This document shows, one piece after another, positions 24,085 through 33,618 of a DNA stretch of 44,102 nt. The DNA lies in IMG/VR virus record IMGVR_UViG_3300046717_000245, positions 1 to 44,102 of that record. One strand, written 5' to 3'. The first letter of the stretch is position 1, and every line of letters begins with the position of its first letter. The notes under the pieces are model-generated. The model saw only the letters and a program-made list of their open reading frames with translations, was not told where the DNA came from and made no database searches. Made by a program: the position numbers and the translations under genes. The DNA is from a virus. Its lineage: Duplodnaviria; Caudoviricetes.

Positions 24085-25737
24085 TCACCCGTGCGCGCCG
24101 TAGCGGCGTGCGCGGAACAGTCGAAAGTGACCGATCGTGTTCGAGACCCCACCAAAAAGTTGGTTGTCGAACGTCACCTGATACACGTATTGCCCATAAG
24201 GAACGAGCGTCGGATGGGGCGGATAGCCCTCGGCCGCCACGGAGAGCGACGCCATCTTGCCCTGGTAGGCCATGGCGAGATCGTAGACGTTGACTTGGTC
24301 CGTCGCGTGCGACGTGAGAAGCCAGTATTGCCCACCGAGGTAGACGATCCGCGTGCCCTCGTAGGGAAACGCCGCGGAGTCCGAGCCAACCTCCGACCAT
24401 GAAGAGAGGTCCGTGCTCGAGGCGAGCGCCGGGTAAAACGTCTCCGGCGTCGTCGGTCCGATCGTGTGGGCAAGGTACCAGGTGCCCGCGACCTTCACCG
24501 CATACGGATCGTAAGCACCGCCGCTGCCCGGAACGGTCGGCAACGAGAGTTGCGCCATTCCGGCAATGAGGCGAGCGCCCGAGAGCAAGTTCAAGCTCGT
24601 CTCGTTCTTGTAGAGGATCTGGATGTCCTCGGCGTCGCCGCCCGCGTCGCCCCACGAGGTCATAAACAGCCGGTACGTCCCGTCGTTGTAGGCGATGAGA
24701 TGGGCCGCGTTGTCGTTTTGGATGGCGCCGCCCCGGCTCACCATGATCACGCCGACCTGTGCAATCGCACGCGTGACCAGATCAAGCGAGAACACGCCGC
24801 AGTAAGCGGCAGCCTCCGCGTCGGTGCAAGTCGCCGTGAGTTTGCAAACACTTTCGCTCAGGCGCGGCGAGCCGTCCTCGTTCGACACGACGACCGGATC
24901 GCGAAACCCGCACGACCCGAAGCGTCCGATCTTGAAGTCATCGAAGACGAAGGTGACGGCAACCGAGCTTTCGGTCGCGACCCAAAAGGCGCCCTTCCAT
25001 CCGGAGATGTCCGACGTCTTGAAGTTCTTCGTTGCATTGACATCGTACGCGGTGATCTTCGTCCACGCCCCACCTGGCACCCTTCGCCACATGACGCATG
25101 AATTGGCGACGAGCGAAAAGCCGATCTCGAACGGCGCCGCCCACCCGGCCGAGCTCACGTCCGCGCGGAAGTTCGACGAGCCGCCGATCTTCACCTGGAT
25201 CGAAGCGAGGTTGTCCTTCCGTCGCCAGAGCGCGAGGATGAAGTTGTTCGCGTCCTTCGCGATCCCGACGCCCACGTTCTCGTACGCGTTCGTATCCGTG
25301 CCGGAGCGGGAAACGATCTTGATGCTCGAAGCCACTTGGCACAGCCCGATATCGGCGCCCTCCTGAAAGCCCGAGTTCTTGTCGCCCCCGGCCGCATGCA
25401 CAAGCGTCATTTGTCCGCCCGCGATCGTGGGCGTTTGCGGCGTACCCTCGGAAAGGGCGGTGAACCGGGTCAGGCTCGTGACGCTCATGTCGTCGTCGAC
25501 GTCGATCAACGCGGTCGGCATGAAGTCGAAGACGGCGCCGGCGAACGTCTCGTGCAGGTCGAGATCGATCGGCGAGAGCTCTTCGGCGCCCGCGCTCGCA
25601 TCCACGTCGAGGATCAGCGCCTCGTTGTCGGGATCGTCCACCGCGGTGATGCCGGGGCCCAGCACGATCTTGCGACGCGCGAGCACTTCCACGCCGTCTT
25701 TTTCAATGGGAATCCAAAACGGATCGAGCCACGACAT
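24085..25737 (-). CDS. Tail receptor-binding protein with beta-sandwich and glycosidase-like beta-propeller
   Basis: GFRDPVVV, YDPYAVK..GTWYL, ASSTDLSSW, YEGTRI, PHPTL motifs resembling GH32/GH43-clan five-bladed propellers. Confidence 0.6.
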   Translation of the reverse strand: MSWLDPFWIPIEKDGVEVLARRKIVLGPGITAVDDPDNEALILDVDASAGAEELSPIDLDLHETFAGAVFDFMPTALIDVDDDMSVTSLTRFTALSEGTPQTPTIAGGQMTLVHAAGGDKNSGFQEGADIGLCQVASSIKIVSRSGTDTNAYENVGVGIAKDANNFILALWRRKDNLASIQVKIGGSSNFRADVSSAGWAAPFEIGFSLVANSCVMWRRVPGGAWTKITAYDVNATKNFKTSDISGWKGAFWVATESSVAVTFVFDDFKIGRFGSCGFRDPVVVSNEDGSPRLSESVCKLTATCTDAEAAAYCGVFSLDLVTRAIAQVGVIMVSRGGAIQNDNAAHLIAYNDGTYRLFMTSWGDAGGDAEDIQILYKNETSLNLLSGARLIAGMAQLSLPTVPGSGGAYDPYAVKVAGTWYLAHTIGPTTPETFYPALASSTDLSSWSEVGSDSAAFPYEGTRIVYLGGQYWLLTSHATDQVNVYDLAMAYQGKMASLSVAAEGYPPHPTLVPYGQYVYQVTFDNQLFGGVSNTIGHFRLFRARRYGAHG

Positions 25738-25741
25738 GGTT

Positions 25742-26401
25742 TCACCCCGCTCCCGGATCGAGCTTCGGCACGCTGCACTGCGTGAGAAAGCCGTAGAACT
25801 CCGCCCCGGCAACCGCTGTGTCGATGTCCCGCTCGCCGGTGAACGCGATCCAATACGCGTTGATCGAGTTGTCGATCACTTCGTTCACCGCGGCGTCAAT
25901 GCTGTGAACGGCTTCAAAAGCGGCCACATTCGCCGAAGTGTCACCTCCCGTCCCAATCGACACCCGGGCGGCGCCCGTGTTGATCCTTTGCTTGAAGACG
26001 GTGAAGCCGGGGAGCAGTACCGGTAGAACCGCGTGCCCCGAATGGCCTTTGATGCAAGCGAACACCGAGACCAACGTGCTTCCGTGCGGCAACTGGAGGA
26101 TCACGTGGAACCCGTTCGGCTCGGGCCCGAGCGCGTCGATGTCAACTTGCGTGAGCTTGAGGCCGCCGTTTCTCGTCCACGACGGCGAGCCACTCGAGTC
26201 GAAGATCCAGGCCAGAGACGAAACGGGCCGGATCACCGTGCCGAGGTCCGACAACGCCGCTCGCTTCGCTATCGAAGCGGTGCGATCGGCGAGGCCCTCG
26301 AGACCCGGGTTGACGCTCGTGGCCGACTTGTCGTCGCCGTCGGACGGGATCGTGATGTTGGTCGGGTAATTCGTATCGTCGCCAGCGTAGGCAGTAGACA
26401 T
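25742..26401 (-). CDS. Tail fibre proximal protein
   Basis: VNPGLEGLADRT baseplate-attachment-type motif; follows wedge genes. Confidence 0.6.
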   Translation of the reverse strand: MSTAYAGDDTNYPTNITIPSDGDDKSATSVNPGLEGLADRTASIAKRAALSDLGTVIRPVSSLAWIFDSSGSPSWTRNGGLKLTQVDIDALGPEPNGFHVILQLPHGSTLVSVFACIKGHSGHAVLPVLLPGFTVFKQRINTGAARVSIGTGGDTSANVAAFEAVHSIDAAVNEVIDNSINAYWIAFTGERDIDTAVAGAEFYGFLTQCSVPKLDPGAG

Positions 26402-26415
26402 TTACCTTGCCCCTC

Positions 26416-27210
26416 TCATGCAACACCGTCCCAATAGATTGCGCGGTCGTCGCGAGCCGGGACCTGATCCCCGGCCGCGTTCTTGCTCCAATGCGCCCAC
26501 GTGCCATCTGGCAACGGCGGCGAAGCGTCGTCCGCGGCGAAGGCGTCCGCGTCGAAAGACACGATGATGTTCTTGCAAACCGCCGCCGCCGGCTTCCAAT
26601 CGGCGACGATGGCCCGGATCGAAGCAACCTCCTCTTGCGTCGCCGTCGATCCCCACGTGCCGCTCGCGGGTCCCTCGCCCCACGTTTCGCCGTCGCCCCA
26701 CGTGCCGTCACGCTCCCACGGCACACCAGCGAACGAATCGATGATGACCCAAAAGCGCGCCCACAACGACGGCTCGTCGTCCCAATTCCAAAGGTTCGGC
26801 GCGACGCGCGCGATCGAAAATGTGCCGTCGGCCGCGCGACTGTAGATGACTCCGACTTGCGTCCAGATCCGAAGGCGCGTCGCTTTCGGGGTGAGGTATC
26901 CGGCGATCTGGTCGAGCATCGCCGCGCCAACCCCGGCGCCGCGCCACGCTTGAATCCAGAGAAGGAGGCGCGCGCGGTAGTTCGCGGCGCTTTCGTTGAG
27001 GCCTCGACGGATGCCGCGATCGCGACCGTGGTAGATGAGCGCATCCGGCGGACACGTTGCCGGAAAGCGCGCGGCCGTCGCTTCGTCGGCTGCCCTCGCG
27101 ATCGCGTCGAGCGGCACGCCGATGAAGGCGTAGACCATGCGCGCCGCGCGGTACGTGCGCAGGCGCGGCGGCGACAGGCGCCAAGCGGCATCGCGAAAGG
27201 TTGTGGTCAT
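26416..27210 (-). CDS. Baseplate wedge protein (P2 gpI/Mu gp48-like)
   Basis: DAL..HGRDRGI.R...ES...YRARL motif; synteny after J. Confidence 0.7.
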   Translation of the reverse strand: MTTTFRDAAWRLSPPRLRTYRAARMVYAFIGVPLDAIARAADEATAARFPATCPPDALIYHGRDRGIRRGLNESAANYRARLLLWIQAWRGAGVGAAMLDQIAGYLTPKATRLRIWTQVGVIYSRAADGTFSIARVAPNLWNWDDEPSLWARFWVIIDSFAGVPWERDGTWGDGETWGEGPASGTWGSTATQEEVASIRAIVADWKPAAAVCKNIIVSFDADAFAADDASPPLPDGTWAHWSKNAAGDQVPARDDRAIYWDGVA

Positions 27211-28361
27211 GCCACTTGCACCACCGTCGTATCGGCGAGAGCGCCGCCCCACACGGGCGCCTCATTCTCGGCGACGTCGATGTCCGCTTCGCTTCCTAGT
27301 TCCGTCTGCAGGGAGCCCGGAATCGAGCCGGCCGCCACGGCGAGGAGCGCGCGCCAGTAGACTTTGCCGAAGCCGGCGGGCGGGATGAGCACCCCCCCGA
27401 TTGGTAGCGTGTCGACGTAAGCCTCGAGGGCGTCGTAGACCGCTTGCTTCGCCTTGGTGTCGGAGAGCCCGAGGGACGACGGTATCCAGATCGTGCACGG
27501 CGCGACGACGGAGAGGGTGGCCGCGGTCACCGCCGTTGCGTCAAACCCGTAGGGCGTCACGGTGAGATCGAAGGCCTCTTGCACCTCTTCGACGTCGCCC
27601 GACGGAACGGCCCCGCTCGGCCCAGCAATGAACACGTCGACGGTCCCATCGCCGGGCGGCGTCGCCACGCGAACGCGCGTGATGCCAATGGCCGTTCCAT
27701 CGTCGCGCTTCGCGCTCTTGGCGATGAACTCGTACGCTCTCTTGATTCCGCCGAGGGCGAGAAGGGCCAGGGAGTCGCGGCACCGTTGTCGAAGTGCGGG
27801 ATCTTTCTCTTCGTCGAGCCCGAAGAGAGCGACCGCGTTCGTGCACGTAACGCCGAGGTATGTGGTGACGAGGACGGTGATCGTCGCGACGCCAGCATTG
27901 CTATCGCTCCCCGCTTCCTCGGCGACGAGATCGAGTTTGAGCGTTCCGCCGGCGCCGAGGCTTCCGCCGCTCGTGTTTCGGTACGTCTTGCCCGTACTGA
28001 AGTGGGCGACGACGAGATCGCCCGGCTCGAAGGTGAAGACCCCTGCGCCCGCATTCGTGAGGGTGATCGCTTCGGGGGCGCTCGCATAGGTGGCAACGAT
28101 CCGGTCGACGTTGAAGACGTTCTTCGCGAGGAGCGTGAGCCACACGTCCTCGGCGGTATCGAGAAACCCGCCCGCCGCGATGATCCGTACGACGTCGCCG
28201 GCCGTCGTATAGAGTTGCGCGAAGAGCGCGACGAGCGTTCGGGTGAAACCGCCCTCGGCCCAGTTCTCGGTATCGAGGCCCACGAGTGACGCGACGTTGA
28301 GGATCGACGCCTTCCACTGCGTGAGCGTCTTCGTTGTCAACAGATCCGCAAACGATGCCAT
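27207..28361 (-). CDS. Baseplate J-like protein
   Basis: FLDTAED.WL, AEEAGSDSN, G.DEEKD..LRQR, GDGTVDVFI motifs. Confidence 0.85.
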   Translation of the reverse strand: MASFADLLTTKTLTQWKASILNVASLVGLDTENWAEGGFTRTLVALFAQLYTTAGDVVRIIAAGGFLDTAEDVWLTLLAKNVFNVDRIVATYASAPEAITLTNAGAGVFTFEPGDLVVAHFSTGKTYRNTSGGSLGAGGTLKLDLVAEEAGSDSNAGVATITVLVTTYLGVTCTNAVALFGLDEEKDPALRQRCRDSLALLALGGIKRAYEFIAKSAKRDDGTAIGITRVRVATPPGDGTVDVFIAGPSGAVPSGDVEEVQEAFDLTVTPYGFDATAVTAATLSVVAPCTIWIPSSLGLSDTKAKQAVYDALEAYVDTLPIGGVLIPPAGFGKVYWRALLAVAAGSIPGSLQTELGSEADIDVAENEAPVWGGALADTTVVQVA

Positions 28362-28777
28362 CAGATCCCCCCCGCCAGGAGCTTGACCGCGAGATTTAGC
28401 CCGGTGTCGTCAACTCGCCCGACGAGCTCGAACGGGCCTTTGCTCGTCTCGCATCGGATCCGAATGTCGTAGGCCGTCACCGGGCCTTCAACGGTTTGCG
28501 TGACCGTCGGGACGACGCTCGAGATTCGCTCGTCTTTCCGGAGCTCGGAGCGGATGCGATCGGGGAGCGAGGCCGCGCCGCCTTCGGTGTCCGCCGAGCC
28601 AATCTCTTCGAGCAGGTCTAGCCCGTAGTCGGGTGCGTCGGCCGCGAGGATTCCGTTCGCGCGCGGCGTCTTCAACCGCCAGATGACATCTTGTGCGACG
28701 AGCTCCGCATCCGAGACCACACGGGTTTCGTCCACGTCATCGAGCGACGAGAGATCGCGGCCGAGTTCGCTCGTCAT
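28361..28777 (-). CDS. Baseplate gpW/gp25-like sheath initiator
   Basis: RLKTPR...PDYGLDL...ELRKDERI. Confidence 0.75.
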   Translation of the reverse strand: MTSELGRDLSSLDDVDETRVVSDAELVAQDVIWRLKTPRANGILAADAPDYGLDLLEEIGSADTEGGAASLPDRIRSELRKDERISSVVPTVTQTVEGPVTAYDIRIRCETSKGPFELVGRVDDTGLNLAVKLLAGGI

Positions 28778-29007
28778 GCTATCGACCCCGTTGCGGCGCC
28801 CGTGACGGGTGCCGGCGTCATTCCCCCCGGCGAGATGAGCCCGAGCGCCGGCACCGTGACGACGGCGCTCGAAGTGATATGCGCTACGACGGCCTCGGCG
28901 ATCGCGTCGCACAGGGCCGTCGTTGCCGCGTTGTCGTTGATGCCGTTGCCCTTCGACAGGATCGAAGTGCGAATCGCGGCACTCAGCGCGGGCGCGCTTA
29001 GCGGCAT
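28774..29007 (-). CDS. Small spike-tip-like protein
   Basis: 77 aa between spike and gpW; AIAEAVVAHI..A.V..G pattern. Confidence 0.5.
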   Translation of the reverse strand: MPLSAPALSAAIRTSILSKGNGINDNAATTALCDAIAEAVVAHITSSAVVTVPALGLISPGGMTPAPVTGAATGSIA

Positions 29008-30107
29008 CACCCCACCTTCACTTTCATCGAGCACGGTCCAACGATCGTTCCGGACCAAGGGCCAGCAAGAACCGCATCCGTTTGGCGCGCCGCGGGAAGG
29101 CCAGCCGCGCCGCCGATCTCGATCGCCGTCGTCGCATCGAGCTCGAGCTTCGTCGGCAAGAACCCCCCACCCTCCGCGTCTTCGAAGCCGAGCACCGCCG
29201 GCCGCGCCGGATCGCCGTCGACGAAGCCGACGATCACCCGTGATCCGAGCGCGTGATCCGCGCGCGCGCCTGGCACGCCGGGCCGGATGAAGACGCGCTG
29301 CAGATCGGGCATGCCGAGCGAGACGCGGATCGGTTGCAGGTTCGCGCGCTCCCCGTCTTGCGTGACGATCCGGTATTCGAAAACGCCGCGGTAGCGTCGC
29401 GACGGATCGAGCTGTTCGAAGATGCGCCGCCACGCCGCGAGCCGCCGACTCGTCGCTGCGATCCCGGCGCCCCAAAGCGTCGTACGGAGCCCCGCCGGCG
29501 TGAGCTCGTGCAGAACGTCCACGGCCTCGATCCCCTCGACGGTGATGCCCGGTACGAGCGCCGCGATTGATTCGGCCGCGAGCTCGACCGTCGCCCGAGC
29601 TCGGTCCACCGGCCCGATCGCCGCAACGCCGGTGAACGCCACGGCCGGGCGCTTGCCGATCCGGGTGATCCCGTCCTCCCCGACGTACCACCCCGCGGGC
29701 GCGAGCTGCTCGAGAGCCCGGGCCGCGGGACCCGATTCCCGCACCCACGCCAGGCCCACGCGCGTCGAGGGGACGGAGCCCGGGTCGAGCGTCTCCCCGC
29801 ACGCCCGCGCCGCGTCTGCGAGCACCGTAGCCGCCTTGACGCCCGCGTCGTTGGCGTAGCTCTTCGCCGGTATCGCGCGGCCCCACGTGCCGGCGCCCGC
29901 GGCGAGCCGGTACGTCGATCGCCCTTTCGGGCCAATGCCGCCTGACATGACCGTGCCCGAGAACGTGAGATCGGCGATGGCGAGCGAAACGACTCCGGAG
30001 AGCTCGGCCTCCTCGTCGATCGAGGCGTCCGCCCAGGAGACCCCCCACGCGGGGAGGTTCAGCCGAGCGTGGGTCACCCGGTGACCGGCGAGGGTCGCGG
30101 TGCTCAT
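29007..30107 (-). CDS. Baseplate hub-spike fusion protein
   Basis: Hub-like N-terminus, OB-fold GSRVIVGFVDGDPARPAV, short C-terminal beta segment. Confidence 0.7.
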   Translation of the reverse strand: MSTATLAGHRVTHARLNLPAWGVSWADASIDEEAELSGVVSLAIADLTFSGTVMSGGIGPKGRSTYRLAAGAGTWGRAIPAKSYANDAGVKAATVLADAARACGETLDPGSVPSTRVGLAWVRESGPAARALEQLAPAGWYVGEDGITRIGKRPAVAFTGVAAIGPVDRARATVELAAESIAALVPGITVEGIEAVDVLHELTPAGLRTTLWGAGIAATSRRLAAWRRIFEQLDPSRRYRGVFEYRIVTQDGERANLQPIRVSLGMPDLQRVFIRPGVPGARADHALGSRVIVGFVDGDPARPAVLGFEDAEGGGFLPTKLELDATTAIEIGGAAGLPAARQTDAVLAGPWSGTIVGPCSMKVKVG

Positions 30108-30646
30108 GGCGTCCTTGCCTGGGCGACGAGCGCGTCGATCTCGGCTTTGAGATCGGCGTTTGGGTCGACCTTCGCGGCCGCGGCCGACTTCGAGCCCGCC
30201 GGCGTGCCGCCCTTCTTTTTCGCCGGGCGGAATTCGATGAACTTCACGACGACGGTCGCGCCGCCCTTCCCGTCGTGCGTCATCCCGCCGATCGAAGCCT
30301 GGCAAACGCTCTTGATGTCGTTGGCCGCGAGATCGGGGTGGTAGATGTCGAGCGCCTTCGGCTTTCCCTGATTGGGGAGCGACGAGCGAATGATCGCCGC
30401 GAACGCCTCCCATTCGGCGAACTCGTCGAGCTGGAGGATTGGATCCTTCACGAGGTAGAAACTCGCGGTGAACTGCGCGACTTGTTCGCCCTTGTAGGTC
30501 GTCGTTGCGCCGCCCGCGCCGTCCGCGTCTTTGACGTCCCACTTCTGGTTTCGGTCGTGGGCGGAGAGCGTCACGAAACCGGGCGAGCGTTTGCCCGCGA
30601 GGACGATCGCGTCGTACAGCGACTCGTTGTCGATCGGGTTCGGCAT
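30104..30646 (-). CDS. Tail tube initiator-like protein
   Basis: Directly after tape measure; WDVKDADG.GGATTTYKG...IYHP..F.EF. Confidence 0.6.
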   Translation of the reverse strand: MPNPIDNESLYDAIVLAGKRSPGFVTLSAHDRNQKWDVKDADGAGGATTTYKGEQVAQFTASFYLVKDPILQLDEFAEWEAFAAIIRSSLPNQGKPKALDIYHPDLAANDIKSVCQASIGGMTHDGKGGATVVVKFIEFRPAKKKGGTPAGSKSAAAAKVDPNADLKAEIDALVAQARTP

Positions 30647-32523
30647 TACGCCACGGCCTCGCCCCCGCCGAGCATGAGCGCGTCCGACTCGAAGACATCG
30701 CGCACCGCCGCGGCGATCTTGGCCGCGAGCCCATCGCCGTCGCCCCCGCCGCCACCTTCGACGGTGACGTTGATCGTGATGTCGCCGAACCGAGAGCCGC
30801 CGCCGGCGCCGCCGGCCGCGGGCGGCGCCGTCAGCGACTCGACGGAGTCTTGCGCTTCGCCCGCGCCCGCATCGACACCGCCGGCGAATCCCGCGCTCGT
30901 CAAGCGGCCAATGTCCTCGAACACCTTCGACGGCGACGCGATGCCAAGAGCCTTCTTCGCGGCATCGATGCCCCCCGTCACCACGCCTGACAGAGCGTCG
31001 ACGACGGCCGACGCGGCGCCCGTGATTCCGTTCACCAGGCCCGCGACCATCTGCGCGCCGATATCGGTAAGGAACGTCGCGGCCCCACCGAAGGCGTCCT
31101 GGATCGCTGCCCATACTTCGCCGGGCGCGGTGACGAGCTTGTACAGGCCGAAGACGAGCGCTCCTACCGCGGCCGTCGCGACGACGACGGCGCCGGCGAG
31201 CAGTCCGAGCGCCGCGACGAACACGCCGGAGATGACGGCGGCGCCGCCAAGGAAGAGCTGTCCGACGAGCGCGATCTGCTCCGAATACGGCTTCAGCGCA
31301 ATGTATGCCTTGAGCGCGAGGATCTCGGCTTGCAGAAAGAGCCGCTCGACGGACGGGATCGCCTTGGTGGCGCCGTCAACGACTGGCTGAAAGAGCGCCT
31401 CGAAAAGAAACTTCAGCGCCTTGCCGCTCGCAGTCGACGAGTCGAAGAGAGCGCCGAGCGTTTGAATTCCCTCGAGCAGCGGGTCGATTTTGAGGCCGCC
31501 GAATATGTTCGAAATGTTCGCGCCGAACCTCTTCGACTGAACGTCGAGCGCGAGCATTTGAGCGGCGAAGTCCGGACCGAATTTGAGTTTCGCGGCCTTG
31601 ATCGCCGTCGCCTCGAGCTGTTTCGAAAGCTCCTTTCCGCGAAGCCCTGAATCGGCGAGCGTCTTCGCCATCGCCGTGAGCTCTTCGCTTGTGCTGGGAA
31701 CAATCCCGCCGAGCCGGTCGATCGTCTCGGCGAGCTCGCCACCGCCCTTCGAGCTGCGAGCGATGCCGTCCAGCAAGAGTCCTTGCGTGCGATTCGTATC
31801 CGCCAGGCCGACGGCCCATTTCGTAATTCCCGCGGTCGCGAAGAGGGCGGCCGTTCCGATGGCGATAATCGCGACGGCGGCCGCCACGTACGGACCGAGC
31901 GAGCCAATCGAGCTACCGAGCTTCTGAAAACCCGTCGCGAGCCCAAAGATTTTTTGCCCCGCAACGCCAGCCGGGCCACCGAGTTTCCCGAGAGCTTCGG
32001 CGATCTCGTTCACTTTGCCGCTGCCCTTGGTGGCACCCTCGGCCTTTGCCGCCTGTTCCGCGGCCCCCTTGACGTTCTTGAGCCCCTTGGTGAGCGCGTC
32101 TTGCTGCGCGGCCGCGGCGCCGGCCTTGGTCTTCAGCGCGTCGACGGCCGCGGCCTCCTTCGTGAGCGCCTGCGCGGCCTCCTCGGCTTTCTGCGCCGCC
32201 TCTGCCTGGCGCTTCGCGAACGCGTCGCCGGACTTGCCGGACGCCGCGAGCTTCTCGACCATCTTCGCCGCGCGATCGGCCGCGACTTCGAGCTGGCCAT
32301 ACTTCGTCTCGCCGGCGGCCAAGGCTTCGTTCGCGGCCTTCATCGCAGCGCCGCTCTCTTCGAGCGCACCCGACATCGACTCGATCGTCCGCTCGAACTC
32401 GGCGACGGTCGCCTTGCCCGCGAGCATCTTGTCGCCGAGCGTCTGAACGGCCGCGATCGACGTGTCGGCCCCGGTCATCTTGGCCAGGATGTCGATATAA
32501 AATTGCGTTCGATCGTCGGCCAT
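30646..32523 (-). CDS. Tape measure protein
   Basis: 625 aa Ala/Gly-rich helical protein with hydrophobic segments and LGIASPSKVF motif. Confidence 0.85.
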   Translation of the reverse strand: MADDRTQFYIDILAKMTGADTSIAAVQTLGDKMLAGKATVAEFERTIESMSGALEESGAAMKAANEALAAGETKYGQLEVAADRAAKMVEKLAASGKSGDAFAKRQAEAAQKAEEAAQALTKEAAAVDALKTKAGAAAAQQDALTKGLKNVKGAAEQAAKAEGATKGSGKVNEIAEALGKLGGPAGVAGQKIFGLATGFQKLGSSIGSLGPYVAAAVAIIAIGTAALFATAGITKWAVGLADTNRTQGLLLDGIARSSKGGGELAETIDRLGGIVPSTSEELTAMAKTLADSGLRGKELSKQLEATAIKAAKLKFGPDFAAQMLALDVQSKRFGANISNIFGGLKIDPLLEGIQTLGALFDSSTASGKALKFLFEALFQPVVDGATKAIPSVERLFLQAEILALKAYIALKPYSEQIALVGQLFLGGAAVISGVFVAALGLLAGAVVVATAAVGALVFGLYKLVTAPGEVWAAIQDAFGGAATFLTDIGAQMVAGLVNGITGAASAVVDALSGVVTGGIDAAKKALGIASPSKVFEDIGRLTSAGFAGGVDAGAGEAQDSVESLTAPPAAGGAGGGSRFGDITINVTVEGGGGGDGDGLAAKIAAAVRDVFESDALMLGGGEAVA

Positions 32524-32690
32524 CACTTCCTCGTCAAGGCGCTGCGAATCAAGAGAAGGACCTCAGCGACTACTTGCCGAGCGGCATCAGCGTCTTCGTC
32601 GTCTTGCCCGCGTTCCCATGCCGCCAAACAATCCGCGAGCACCGCCGGGGACTTTTCGGCGGACGTGCGGCGCCCGCCTAGTCTTTTCCC
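32523..32690 (-). CDS. -1 frameshift extension of tail assembly chaperone (G-T type)
   Basis: Slippery G GGA AAA at 32690-32684 just before TAG; -1 frame open to TGA at 32523-32525 overlapping the TMP ATG. Confidence 0.75.
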   Translation of the reverse strand, partial: GKRLGGRRTSAEKSPAVLADCLAAWERGQDDEDADAARQVVAEVLLLIRSALTRK

Positions 32691-33109
32691 TCCGCCTCCG
32701 CCAGCTTCGTCGCCGCCATGGCCACATCGTCATGGATCCCCGGCCAAGCCTGCTTCATCCGCTCATAGAGAGCCTTGCCCTCTTCGGTGTGCACGTTCGG
32801 GTACCCCACGCATTCCGCCGCCATCATGTCGCGCGCCTCCCCGATCGCCGTGTAGTTCTGCCCCGCGCGGCGAACCATCTGTCGATAGCGCTTGGTCACC
32901 ACGGGCGCCGGCGTCGTCACGACCAGGAGCGTCGGCAATTCCGCAACGAACGACGACGTGCGAAGAACCGAGACGCGATCGTCGCCGTGCTCGACCTCGA
33001 GCGCCTCGACCTCGAGCAAGTCTTTCGCGTACTGCTCGTTGCGAGCGGCTTCGCGCGTCGCCTTGCGATCGGCGCGGCGCCTCTCGATCTCTTCGATGGA
33101 ATCGGCCAT
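32678..33109 (-). CDS. Tail assembly chaperone
   Basis: Between tube and TMP; ends EGKD at slippery site. Confidence 0.75.
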   Translation of the reverse strand: MADSIEEIERRRADRKATREAARNEQYAKDLLEVEALEVEHGDDRVSVLRTSSFVAELPTLLVVTTPAPVVTKRYRQMVRRAGQNYTAIGEARDMMAAECVGYPNVHTEEGKALYERMKQAWPGIHDDVAMAATKLAEAEGKD

Positions 33110-33118
33110 GACAACCTT

Positions 33119-33607
33119 TCAGAGCAGGACGATGTCGCCGTCCTCCTCGACTTGCATGATGTCGAGCGGGATCTCGATCTTCTGCGCGTCCGAGCCCTCA
33201 GCGGCGTCGAACGTGCGTCCGATGATGCGAGCTCCGATCACGCCGACTTCGAAGATCTCGGTCGACCCCGGCGGCGTGAACTGAATTGGAATGTCGAAGG
33301 CGACGAGCGAAACCTGGTACTTGCCGTTCTTCACCGGCGCCACGGTGCGAAGTCCGACCTTCATCTTCTTCCAACCGCTCAGATAGAACGTGATCGATGC
33401 CTCGTTCTCGAGTTGCCCAGTCGTGCGCTTGCGCTTCCCTCCTCCCCCCGTTCCGCGCACGGCGCCGACGACGACCTTGTCGGACCACTTGATCGCAGCG
33501 ATGTCGTCGGTCGCGATGACCGGGCCGCCGTAGAGCGGAATCGCGATACGAATGTCGGCCCAACTGGGCTCGAACTCGTTGAGTGTCGGATACGCCTGCT
33601 GCGCCAT
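33119..33607 (-). CDS. Tail tube protein
   Basis: 162 aa after sheath; SWADI...I.WSD...VRGTG...RTTG. Confidence 0.75.
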   Translation of the reverse strand: MAQQAYPTLNEFEPSWADIRIAIPLYGGPVIATDDIAAIKWSDKVVVGAVRGTGGGGKRKRTTGQLENEASITFYLSGWKKMKVGLRTVAPVKNGKYQVSLVAFDIPIQFTPPGSTEIFEVGVIGARIIGRTFDAAEGSDAQKIEIPLDIMQVEEDGDIVLL

Positions 33608-33618
33608 GGTCGCTCTCC

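Noticed and set aside
22800-26401. Diversity-generating retroelement acting on tail lectin genes
   Set aside because: No reverse transcriptase ORF and no TR/VR repeat pair seen in the window
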